Positions 53,595-62,663 of a DNA stretch of 64,000 nucleotides are shown here, one piece after another. This DNA comes from Candidatus Latescibacterota bacterium (lineage in GTDB: Bacteria > Latescibacterota > UBA2968 > GCA-2709665): assembly GCA_965248435.1 (NCBI GenBank), contig OZ252100.1:2976001-3040000 (forward strand), given 5' to 3'. Within the stretch, counting starts at the first letter, position 1. Every line of letters begins with the position of its first letter. Position numbers and translations under genes: made by a program. The notes under the pieces were generated by a model that worked only from the letters and a program-made list of their open reading frames with translations, was not told the DNA's origin and did no database searches.

Positions 53595-53864
53595 TGGCCC
53601 TCGCCCACAACATCAAGCGAGTGACCAACCTCGTGAGCGTTCCGAGGCTGATTGCCGCCGCCATGGAATGATGGCAAGGTGGCCTTTTTCGCCTAGTAAA
53701 CAACCTCCCCAGGATTGCTGGGTTGTTATAAGGCCTCTTATTGCGCCCCTACACCTTGAAAACCCAACTTTCCAACGGAAGCAGCGACAACACTCTAAGC
53801 GCCCGCTCCAGACATGACTTTCTACACAGTCTCTCGCCGGGAAAAACCAGAAGGAGGAGTTACG

Positions 53865-54168
53865 GTGAGAAGATTCCTTTTTACGCGTTGGATTATTGTG
53901 ACTTTGGTGGGACTGGGGTGGTTTGGGTGCGGTAAAGACCAGCCCCTCTCGCCGGGATTCGAACAGACCGGGGGTCTGGGAAAGCCCGCTGCTAAGGCAG
54001 CTCTGATACATCGTGCGGTTGTGATTGCAACGGTGATCCAGGCGGATGAGCCGGCATCGGGCGTGGAAGTTGCATTCTCGCGCTCCATCTCCGGCCGATT
54101 CACCGACTACAGATGGAAAGGCACAACGGATGAAAATGGCGAGGTGCAGATCGAAATTACAGCTGAGG
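53865..54168 (+). pseudogene. lipoprotein N-terminus, truncated
   Basis: GGAGG-GTG, lipobox-like WFGC, SRSISGR...GTTDENG; abrupt switch to transposase sequence. Confidence 0.6.
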
Positions 54169-54624
54169 CAGTCAGCCGTCTACGCGAATCGTCGCCGAAT
54201 CAAAAGGAACAAAGGCAAGGCTTTGAGGAAGCTCCGGGCCGAACTGGCGGAGAAAAGCTTCGCCCATATCTACGAAACAGGCGGAATGCGTCGCACCCAC
54301 CTTCGAGGCGCCGACAATATACTCAAGCGACTCCTCATCCACGCCTGCGGCTACAACCTCGGACTTCTCATGCGCAAACTCTGCGGTGCCGGAACCCCGA
54401 AGGGACTGGCCGACCTCCTCAAGCGCCTTCTCGATCTCTTCTCGTGTTTACGGACCGCTCGATCGCGTCTGAATCCGAAGAAACTTCTCCGCGACTTGAT
54501 CCGATGCGGCGCAACATCCCTAGCCGATCCTGTAGTCTTTCCGCGTTTCCCAGACCGACCTCTTGTTGGCCAACTACTGCTGACTTCGCGCTCCGTCTAA
54601 GGACGGTTTTTCAACGGGCTGTTA
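54169..54624 (+). mobile_element. 3' remnant of an IS1182/IS5-like transposon
   Basis: R.ELAEKSFAHIYETGGMRRTHLRG..NILKR...YNL transposase C-terminus; end motif TTTTTCAACGGGCTG. Confidence 0.75.
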
Positions 54625-54798
54625 GACCTGACCGATGAAGAGATAAGCGCCATTGTCGAGTTCATGAAGGCATTGACCGATCCGGGAACGGCTCTGGATC
54701 CCTTCCTCCTGACCGTTCCAGATGAGGTCCCCAGCGGACTCACGCCCCTCTTTGGTGTGAGTGCGGTCGGGAAAATCGCATTAGGTCCAGGAAGATAG
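54622..54798 (+). pseudogene. C-terminal fragment of a di-haem cytochrome c peroxidase/MauG-like protein
   Basis: Manual translation LDLTDEEISAIVEFMKALTDP...VPDEVPSGL. Confidence 0.6.
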
Positions 54799-55100
54799 CA
54801 TTCTCTTTCCGATCTCTGCAGGTTGGATGCCAAGGTTGCTGGAGGAAAAGTTAAGAGGAGCTTAAAGCGGCAAATATTCTTGTTATTGAAATCATTTGTA
54901 TACTCCTTCTTCTATTTCATCTTCCGCCACCAGGAACCCTTAAAAAGCGTTCCCGGGAAGGCTGACAAACGAGCACCAACTTTAATTCTCACTTAGAACA
55001 CCCCAACCTAAGCTGAAAAGGGCCAATTTCAGAAGATCTCTTCTGATCAAAGAAAAGGGCAAAGCCTTCTGAATCATCGACTTTGCCTTGTCTCATGCTT

Positions 55101-55138
55101 GTGGGTGTGATACTGAATTCGAACCAGTGACCTCTGCT
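55101..55138 (-). other. degenerate tRNA 3'-half fragment (possible att relic)
   Basis: Minus strand AGCAGAGGTCACTGGTTCGAATTCAGTATCACACCCAC with T-loop GGTTCGAAT; no 5' half seen. Confidence 0.5.
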
Positions 55139-55237
55139 GCTAACCCAGTTGGTTCAAGCACTTGCGGGTCGGAACCATTGAGCAAGTGTTCATCGCACTC
55201 TTAAGGGCCCTGGACTCTCGACTCTTGACCGATTCGG

Positions 55238-56059
55238 CTACTGCCTCACAAAGGTAAACGTCCCTAGCGGGGGCGAATCAGAGTGAAAGGGCCTTGACTG
55301 CATCCTTGCAATCGGCTGAGGAGGTTCAGTCACAACATCGTCAGACTCGAAGGAGAGGCCACTGTCGGTGCCCGCGTCATAGGCGTGGAGATCTACGACC
55401 ACGGTGTCCAGCCAGGTTCCTTCTGGAGACAGGCTGAGGCCTGATACACCAACAAACCAGTCGGGGCTGGGCGCAATCATGGTAACGAGGGTCGCGAGCG
55501 GATGCGATTCACTCATCTCAAACGTCAAACTCACCGACCCCGGTGATACTTTGATATTCCCTCCCAAGAGGATGAACTCTGCCCTCCCAGCCTCGATGGC
55601 CGGCTTCACTTCGTCCTCAAACGTCCCTGTAAGACCAATCTCAGCCATATCCTTGATACCGGGAGTGGCGAACTCGCCCGGCTTCCAGAACACGACACTA
55701 GAGTCATGGGTGGCCCCGACCAGCTCGGAGAAGTAGTGGCGGAAGGATGGAAAGTCGTCAGGATGGGTTTCCTCACTCCATTTGCCTTCGAATGTGACCT
55801 CATACGTAACGGTTTCCTTGGGCGGCGCACTGAACGCTATTGCGAACGCGACAAAATCCAGGAAGTTTACGTCTCCGTTTCCATCCAGGTCGACCTTGAG
55901 ATCTGAATTGCCGAAGCCGACCGCGAATTCCACGAAATCCAAGAAATTGACGACGCCATCCCCGGTGAAATCGACATCAACCGTCGATTGCGCAGGCAGC
56001 AAGGCCGGAATAATCATTAGCTGCAGCGCGAAGGCTAAAGCGATGACACGTTTCCTCAT
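55238..56059 (-). CDS. secreted spondin_N domain protein with dockerin-like EF-hand pair
   Basis: Signal peptide; DFTGDGVVNFLDF/DLDGNGDVNFLDF; YEVTFEGKWSEETHP, MIAPSPDWFVG and YDAGTDSG. Confidence 0.88.
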   Translation of the reverse strand: MRKRVIALAFALQLMIIPALLPAQSTVDVDFTGDGVVNFLDFVEFAVGFGNSDLKVDLDGNGDVNFLDFVAFAIAFSAPPKETVTYEVTFEGKWSEETHPDDFPSFRHYFSELVGATHDSSVVFWKPGEFATPGIKDMAEIGLTGTFEDEVKPAIEAGRAEFILLGGNIKVSPGSVSLTFEMSESHPLATLVTMIAPSPDWFVGVSGLSLSPEGTWLDTVVVDLHAYDAGTDSGLSFESDDVVTEPPQPIARMQSRPFHSDSPPLGTFTFVRQ

Positions 56060-56352
56060 CGACTTCCTCCTCATCGATCTTCCCGGCCTTTTCGTCGCTC
56101 GTCGTTCGTGCTACGTAGCCGCGATTCAATCAAAAAATGTAGCCGAAATAGCCTCTGAAGGCAATCGAGAAGGCGACGGGAATAAATTCCCGCGCTGGAC
56201 AATCGCAAAGTCCGCCCTCTGGGCGGACTCGCCCGCTGGAAAAGATTTTGCTTCACATCTGTTCTTGGCGGCTTTATTCTTATTTGTGAGAAGTACGGCC
56301 TTTTGACGTAGAGACCCCTGTGGCTTTCCCACAGTCGGGAAGGAGGAGGTCA

Positions 56353-56960
56353 ATGAACAGAATTCTTACTAAGTCCGGAGCGTTTGCAGCGGGGGTCTTC
56401 ATGGCGGCGCTTTGGGGCTGTTCGACGGGCGGCCTGGGTCCCGTTGATGAGCAGCCGCCAAACACGGGAAGTACGTCTCAGCAGGAAGCTCGCGAGGTCC
56501 AACTTTCCAACCCTTCGGGCGGTGTCGAAATACAATTCGAGGCGAATGGAACGTTTCTCCACAATTTCAATACCTTGGATTTGAGGTATGACAACAAGGC
56601 GAAGGAAACGGCACTCAACACGAAAATGAAAGGAAAATACGGGGAATTCTACAGGTCTCCAGAGCATCCCATAGCCTGAATGAAGTAGAGAGTTACGAAA
56701 CGAATAAAGAGGAGGGAAGGTCTGCTCAGCTGACCACCTTTTGGTTGGTGGGTGAGGAGGAAGCGGTGAGAAAACCCATTCATAGTCACGACAACCGCGC
56801 ACACCTTGGGCAAACAGTTCATCCGAATTGGAAGCTCCGGGTTGTCGTTAATGGAGAAAAGGCCGATCTCTCCATGTTTTTTGTGGAAGGGGACAAGCTA
56901 CATTTTTATGAACGCCGGTCGGATATGAAGGTAACGAAGAATCTCGTGTATAGATACTAG
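56353..56960 (+). CDS. hypothetical lipoprotein, frameshift at about 56669
   Basis: GGAGG RBS, lipobox LWGC; adding one C to catccc joins the frame of ORF 56745..56960. Confidence 0.55.
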
Positions 56961-56973
56961 GCTAGCCTCAAGA

Positions 56974-57187
56974 ACCGGGTACCGGGAAAGAAAAACACGG
57001 GTACCGGGTACCGTAAGAAGAAGAAATGACCTTCCCCCTTTCCTAAAGGGGGATTTCCACTTCTCGAAATTCAAATCCCCCCTAAGTCGTTGTTGATTGG
57101 TTTATGCAAGGGTTCCGTGGCCCTCCGTGCTTCTCCGTATTCTTTCCGTGATCCAGCTTAACGGGCGATCACAAGGATCGCCCCTAG
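56974..57187. repeat. second REP-like mosaic
   Basis: ccgggtaccggg...aaaacacgggtaccgggtaccg...cttccccctttcctaaagggggattt; TCCGTG repeats; gggcgatcacaaggatcgccccta. Confidence 0.75.
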
Positions 57188-57379
57188 GAGGTGAACGATG
57201 CAGGTGGTATGCGTCCAGCAGGATACTACGGCAGGATCGTTGGGCCTAATCGGTTGTTTGACGAGATACGCAGGGCATAACTCTTTGAGTAACAATCTGT
57301 TATATAAATCCAAAGTCTCCTGCTGTGGGGGGCGATCTATAAATTTTCTTATATTCTGTGAATTAAAAATATTATTTGC

Positions 57380-57407
57380 TTGACATACATTGTTTTTAAA
57401 GTATTAT
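57380..57407 (+). promoter_or_regulatory. sigma70-like promoter facing the TonB receptor
   Basis: TTGACA-16nt-TATTAT with AT-rich upstream element. Confidence 0.6.
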
Positions 57408-57645
57408 CATTATTCGCTGAGATCTGACCATTGCCGGCGGAAGAATTGGTTTATAACCTTCAAGATTTACGAACCAAAGAAGCCGATCATGTCGAATAAA
57501 AAATGGCCGCACTGCCTGGGGGGGGGGAGGTGCGGCTATGTCTGTTTTGTCGTGAAAGGGGGGATGCCAGGAAAATTGCGACACCGCTTTTGTTGAGGTT
57601 CTGTTGCTAACGCTTCGTTCACTTCTTTAGGTAGAGGAGTCCTAA

Positions 57646-59343
57646 CCTGATTAATTCATGAATCATCAGATAATGCAATTTAGGGAAGCAGAAAGAGCTT
57701 CCGAGTGAGACGAGAAACGAAAGAGCACGGGCTGAGACGGATTTGGCGTGTCCAGGCCGTGTCGGCGGCGCCTGCTGGCAGCACGTTTGCTCCGTGGCGT
57801 CAGGTTGCTCTGAATTCCGCTGTCAAGAGCACAGACGTCTCCGTGGCTGTTGGTCGTGTCGCTCCAAACGTGAAGGCGGGGTCAGCACGTCGATGGGTTA
57901 TGGAACATCCGTTGCCAGATTATAGAGGATCTTGCCGTAAAGGTGTTTGAGTGGAAACGCCGTTGGGAGATGGAACTTGATCCTGGTTTTCAACTCACGA
58001 ACGCGCCCGGCGACTTTCAAGAGACGGTTTTGCAGGGTATTGAACTGTGCGTTCGTCCACTTCGTGCCGCGCAACCCGGTTTGTGCCAAGGCGTGCATCA
58101 GGACATAGGCGGCGCTGTGGAGAAAGAGACGGAAGTGATTGGCCTGGAAGGTGTGACAAGAGGTGCGATCGGAATGGAGAAAGGTCTTGTGATTCTTGAT
58201 GAAGTTTTCCATCCTGCCGCGTGCGCAATAGGCGGTTTTGTAGATGAATGACGGTTGGGCGCGCTTTAGGTTGGTGACCACGAATCGGATATTGTCTCCT
58301 TGCGGGGTGACTTCCGCCTTGCAGATGATGCGTTGTGGACAAGCCCATGTTTTCGCCTGATAGTCCCAGCAGTGATAAAGGCGCGTGGTTGTTCCGGAAT
58401 CGGCATACAGCGCTTTGGCCTGGTCCATCAAGGGCAGTGCCGAGCGCAGCAGTTTGGCGTTGCCGTTTTGTCCAAAGACAAAATACACATCTTCTTCCTC
58501 ACACAACGTATGAACTTCGGGGCAAGAAAAATGCGCATCGCCGCGCAACAGGATCGCCACGTCGGGCCAGGCGCGGCGCAGGTAGGCGATCACCCGTTTG
58601 AGGATGGTGACGATCTCTTTACCCGTGGGCCGCCTGCCAGGACGCAAGACCGTCGTGATCAACTTGCCCGTCTGGCCTTCATAGATATGCAGGGGCTGGT
58701 AGCAATAGCCATTGAAATACGCATTGAACAACGACAACTGTTGAGACCCATACACCTTGTCTTCCGTGTCATCGATATCCAACAGAATGGCTTCGGGCGG
58801 TTCCTCATACGAGGCGACAAACACATCCGCAAAGGCCTTGGCGATCCGATACAAATCGGTTCTGCTGATCCGGTTCTCGAACCGACTCATCGTGGGCTGA
58901 CTGGCCAGATCCGCACCGGAAAGCGGCAACCGATCACAGGCCGCCTTGAAGCCGGGGTCCTCGCGCAACGTATTGCAATCGTTCGCATCCTCATAGCCAC
59001 AGGCCATCTGAAACACACGTTGTTTGATCAGGTCCGTCATCGAATGATGTACGTAACTTTGATGTCGGCGATCCGTGAGCGCCGCAACCATCCTATGCAA
59101 AATCCCGGTTCTGGCCTCCACCTCACGAAGCAGCAGCACCCCGCTGTCGCTGGTCAGGATGCCTCCGTCGAAGGTGGCTTCTACCGGCTTACCAGAAAGA
59201 CTTGCGAAAGACACCCTTGTGATGTGTATCTTGAACTCCCACGGTAGTTTCCTCCTGTTTCATTGTGTTATGATTATTTGCGTAACCACAATATAATACA
59301 ATGACTTGGGTAAGGAAACTACCTTTTTTATGAATTATTCAGG
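57646..59343 (-). mobile_element. IS1380-family insertion sequence with CTAA target duplication
   Basis: IRs CCTGATTAATTCATGAA / CCTGAATAATTCATAAA; CTAA at 57642-57645 and 59344-59347. Confidence 0.95.
57898..59214 (-). CDS. IS1380 transposase
   Basis: FDGG.LTSDSG, GYEDAND, LASQPTMSR, LDID, RGDAHF and YCARGRMENFIK. Confidence 0.95.
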   Translation of the reverse strand: MSFASLSGKPVEATFDGGILTSDSGVLLLREVEARTGILHRMVAALTDRRHQSYVHHSMTDLIKQRVFQMACGYEDANDCNTLREDPGFKAACDRLPLSGADLASQPTMSRFENRISRTDLYRIAKAFADVFVASYEEPPEAILLDIDDTEDKVYGSQQLSLFNAYFNGYCYQPLHIYEGQTGKLITTVLRPGRRPTGKEIVTILKRVIAYLRRAWPDVAILLRGDAHFSCPEVHTLCEEEDVYFVFGQNGNAKLLRSALPLMDQAKALYADSGTTTRLYHCWDYQAKTWACPQRIICKAEVTPQGDNIRFVVTNLKRAQPSFIYKTAYCARGRMENFIKNHKTFLHSDRTSCHTFQANHFRLFLHSAAYVLMHALAQTGLRGTKWTNAQFNTLQNRLLKVAGRVRELKTRIKFHLPTAFPLKHLYGKILYNLATDVP

Positions 59344-59411
59344 CTAATGCAAAGCAACGGATGTAGCGTTCGAAGTTTGTTGTTTGTCGGGAAACCACAA
59401 GGAGGGACACG

Positions 59412-62400
59412 ATGAAGTCTCTTTACAGCTTCATATCTATCTTTCTGGTTGGGGCGCTCATCGCCTTCAGCCCGACGGATGGTATCGCAGGTACGAGTGG
59501 CAAGCTCCAGGGCGTGGTCCAGGACGATTCGGGCAATCCGCTGCCCGGGGCCAACGTCGTGGTCGAGGGTACCCAGCGCGGTGCCACGACAGATGCCGAG
59601 GGGTATTACGCGATTCTGGGCGTGGACCCAGGCAGGCAGCGTGTCACGGCGTCGATGGTCGGCTATAACACGTCGACCGTGGAGCAGGTGTCGGTGAAGG
59701 CGGACTTCACGACCACCGTCGATTTTACCATGACGGAGGGAGCCATAGAGGCGGCCGAGATGGTCGTGATCGCGAAGCGGCCACCGGTGGAGCCCGACAG
59801 GACCTCCAGCCGCTACGTCATCGACATCTTCGAGATCCAGAATGTGCCGCTCATCCGGACCACCGAAGACCTGATCGAGTTGCAGGCGGGTGTGTCGCTT
59901 GACGGGGAGCTGCGCTTACGGGGCTCCGACAACGTGTGGAACACGACCATGACGCCGCAGAGGTATTATGAGGTGGACGGCATCAAGATGGTCAACGACG
60001 ACGGTTTCTTCAACTACCAGCAATGGACGCCGCTGAACAAGAGCGCGCTGCAGGAGGTGTCGGTCATCGTAGGCGGGATGGACGCCGAGTACGGAATGGC
60101 CTCGGGTGGCGTGATCAGTCTGGTGAGCAGGGAGTCCGGGGTCAGGTTCGGGGGCCAGCTCGAGGCCCGGATACACCCGCCGGGGAAGAAACACTTCGGA
60201 CCCAATATCTATGACAGCGGCGAGTTCGCGCGGCAGGTCGGCGTTGTCAACCCCTGGTCGGACCAGGACTTCCTGAACTATACGATTCCAGAGGGTAAAG
60301 GATCAAGCAGGTTTGTGGGTCAGAGGTTTCACGTGCGGGATGACGACTACGACAGTCGCTGGGGGCAGTTTGTCGAGGGCTCGATCAACGGCCCGCTGTC
60401 GGACAATGCCGGGTTCTTCGTGAACGCGAGGACCAGCCACAGGGCGGCCCAATTCCCCGACCGGTGGGACAACGAGCCGAAGAACTACCAGGGGTCGGGG
60501 AATGTGACCTACCGCACCGGCGGCAATTTGAAGTTCAAGCTGGGCGGCATCTATAGCTACCGGGAGGCGCCCTACGGTTGGCAGACGTTGAAGGGAGAGG
60601 CCGGGACCGGGGGCAACGCCTGGTTCGAAACAAAGTGGCCACGGATGGACGCGATCTTTCTTCCGGCAGACTACACCAGCCGCGGCACGGTCAAGCATTT
60701 TGAAAAGGTGGCCTACCTGACCGCCACGCATACCCTCTCCCCGAAGACCTTCTACGACGTTCGGGTCTCCTTTCAGCAGACGAAGGTAGATGAGGGGGAG
60801 AGTGTTCCGGAAGCGCAGATCACACCTTTCCGGCACCCCCGGGACGACTGGGGGTTCTTCATGCCGTGGGATGATCACAGCCAGATCGATGAAAACCGCA
60901 AGCGGATCACCCTGAAGGTGGACCTGACCACGCAGCTCGAGAAGTCGATCCTGGGCAAGGTCGGGTTCGAGTTCACCCGCTACGACATGTTCCAGAACAA
61001 CTACCAGTCGATGAGCGGTGCCTGGGGGAGGTGGAGGCAGCTGATCGGCGTAGGCGACCCGTGGGTGGGGCAGGATTCAAACATACTCAACCAGCTGGGG
61101 GGCTACGCCCAGACCAAGATGGAGTTCGAGGGCCTGGTGATCAACGCGGGCGTTCGGTTCGACGCCCTCCTGCTCGACGACATGTGGCCGAATGACGCCT
61201 TTCTCTGGCCGCACTACTGGTATCTGGGCCGCTTTCGCAACGTGGAACGAACATCGGCGGACCCGATGACGAGCGTGAGCCCCCGCGTGGGGATCTCCCA
61301 CCCGATCACGGAGCGCTCCACGATCCGGTTCCATACCGGGGTGTTCCACGAGTATCCCGACAGGATGGCGCTCTACCGCCGCTGGTTTTGGCAGCATGGA
61401 GACGAGGATAATGCCAGAGACTTTGACGTGAACGGCAACGGACAGATCGACGTGCTCGAAAAGGATAACCGGCTCTGGATAAAAGGGGAAGCCTTTCAGT
61501 ACTCGCGGGATATCAAGCCGCAGAAGACGATCGCCTTCGAGGCGGGCATCGACTGGAACTTCGCCGGAGATTTCGTCCTCCAGGCCACGGCCTACCAGAA
61601 GGACCTGAAGGGCAAGGTCCTGCGTCACGTTACCATTGTTAACCCCGACAAATCCCTGCTCCCACCGGGGGAGCCGCAGGGGAACGCTTCTCCGCTCGGC
61701 AACGTCCGCGGCATTTATAGCAGCCGCGGGTTCGAGCTGTCCTTCAAGAAGATGTTCAGCCGCATGACCTCCTTCAACCTGTCATGGAACATCGCGTGGG
61801 TTGATAAGCAGGACGGGCGGTCAGACAAGCAGTTGGTACACGACGCCTCTTACGTGAACGGCCCCAACTTCTTCTTCGGGGTGACCGCGAATGCCGACGG
61901 ATCTGAGTCGCCCAGGGTCCCGACGGCCGCAGAGCGGGCCGAGTTCGCGGCGGCAGCGGAGGCGAACCTGGCCAATGCCCTCGCCCGTTCGGGGACGCTT
62001 ATAACGACTACCACTGCCTGGACGGAGGTGTTCAATAGCTCGGATTCGGACCCTGGGCAGTACATCCAGTCGGCGGATCGGGTCCTCTACGGGCGGTTGG
62101 TTGGGCCCGACCGTTATGACCGCCGCAGCATCGGTGCGGCCCAGTTCCTCTTCTCCGCCCCGCAGGATTTCCACATCAAGGCCCTTGCGGGGGCCCGGGC
62201 GACGATGGTCTACAGGGTCCAGAACGGCGTGACCTTCCGGTTCACCCCGCCTGCCTCGCCCACGGAGAATCGGCAAGGTCCCATCCAGACGATGACAGAC
62301 GTAAACTTCGAGAAGGACTTCCGCTTCGGCGACTCGGGCACGGTCACGGGCTTCCTCGAGATCCGGAACGTCTGGAACCAGAGGGAGGATATCGAAAACA

Positions 62401-62588
62401 GCAGGAACAGCAGATACGTGCTCTACGGGCAGAATCTGCCCGCACCCGACGACCCGAACTTTTTGAAGTACGGGGACTATAAAGACATTACCCGCTGGCG
62501 CTTTGGTAACGATGACGAGGATCCCAGCCACGGCGGCTTCGGAGAGGCCCGGCGCGAGTTCGTGGTGGGTGCGCGATTGTCGTTCTGA
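59412..62588 (+). CDS. TonB-dependent receptor with N-terminal carboxypeptidase-regulatory-like domain
   Basis: PLPGANVVVEGTQRGATTD, plug GGMDAEYG, SPRVGISHPIT, terminal Phe. Confidence 0.92.
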   Translation: MKSLYSFISIFLVGALIAFSPTDGIAGTSGKLQGVVQDDSGNPLPGANVVVEGTQRGATTDAEGYYAILGVDPGRQRVTASMVGYNTSTVEQVSVKADFTTTVDFTMTEGAIEAAEMVVIAKRPPVEPDRTSSRYVIDIFEIQNVPLIRTTEDLIELQAGVSLDGELRLRGSDNVWNTTMTPQRYYEVDGIKMVNDDGFFNYQQWTPLNKSALQEVSVIVGGMDAEYGMASGGVISLVSRESGVRFGGQLEARIHPPGKKHFGPNIYDSGEFARQVGVVNPWSDQDFLNYTIPEGKGSSRFVGQRFHVRDDDYDSRWGQFVEGSINGPLSDNAGFFVNARTSHRAAQFPDRWDNEPKNYQGSGNVTYRTGGNLKFKLGGIYSYREAPYGWQTLKGEAGTGGNAWFETKWPRMDAIFLPADYTSRGTVKHFEKVAYLTATHTLSPKTFYDVRVSFQQTKVDEGESVPEAQITPFRHPRDDWGFFMPWDDHSQIDENRKRITLKVDLTTQLEKSILGKVGFEFTRYDMFQNNYQSMSGAWGRWRQLIGVGDPWVGQDSNILNQLGGYAQTKMEFEGLVINAGVRFDALLLDDMWPNDAFLWPHYWYLGRFRNVERTSADPMTSVSPRVGISHPITERSTIRFHTGVFHEYPDRMALYRRWFWQHGDEDNARDFDVNGNGQIDVLEKDNRLWIKGEAFQYSRDIKPQKTIAFEAGIDWNFAGDFVLQATAYQKDLKGKVLRHVTIVNPDKSLLPPGEPQGNASPLGNVRGIYSSRGFELSFKKMFSRMTSFNLSWNIAWVDKQDGRSDKQLVHDASYVNGPNFFFGVTANADGSESPRVPTAAERAEFAAAAEANLANALARSGTLITTTTAWTEVFNSSDSDPGQYIQSADRVLYGRLVGPDRYDRRSIGAAQFLFSAPQDFHIKALAGARATMVYRVQNGVTFRFTPPASPTENRQGPIQTMTDVNFEKDFRFGDSGTVTGFLEIRNVWNQREDIENSRNSRYVLYGQNLPAPDDPNFLKYGDYKDITRWRFGNDDEDPSHGGFGEARREFVVGARLSF

Positions 62589-62614
62589 AACCCCATGGGG
62601 TGTCTCTGCAGGGG

Positions 62615-62636
62615 TTCGACGTGAATCCCTGCAGGG
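62615..62636 (+). other. intergenic hairpin between receptor and partner gene (approx. 62606-62634)
   Basis: CTGCAGGG...CCCTGCAG stem without U-tract. Confidence 0.4.
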
Positions 62637-62663
62637 TCGCCAAATTGGAAGGAGTTGCATACG

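Noticed and set aside
55101-55138. Functional tRNA gene
   Set aside because: Only a degenerate 3' half is present.
53270-56680. Further selenocysteine candidates at TGA 53279 and TGA 56677
   Set aside because: Downstream coding continues in a different frame and there is no redox motif; single-base indels explain both.
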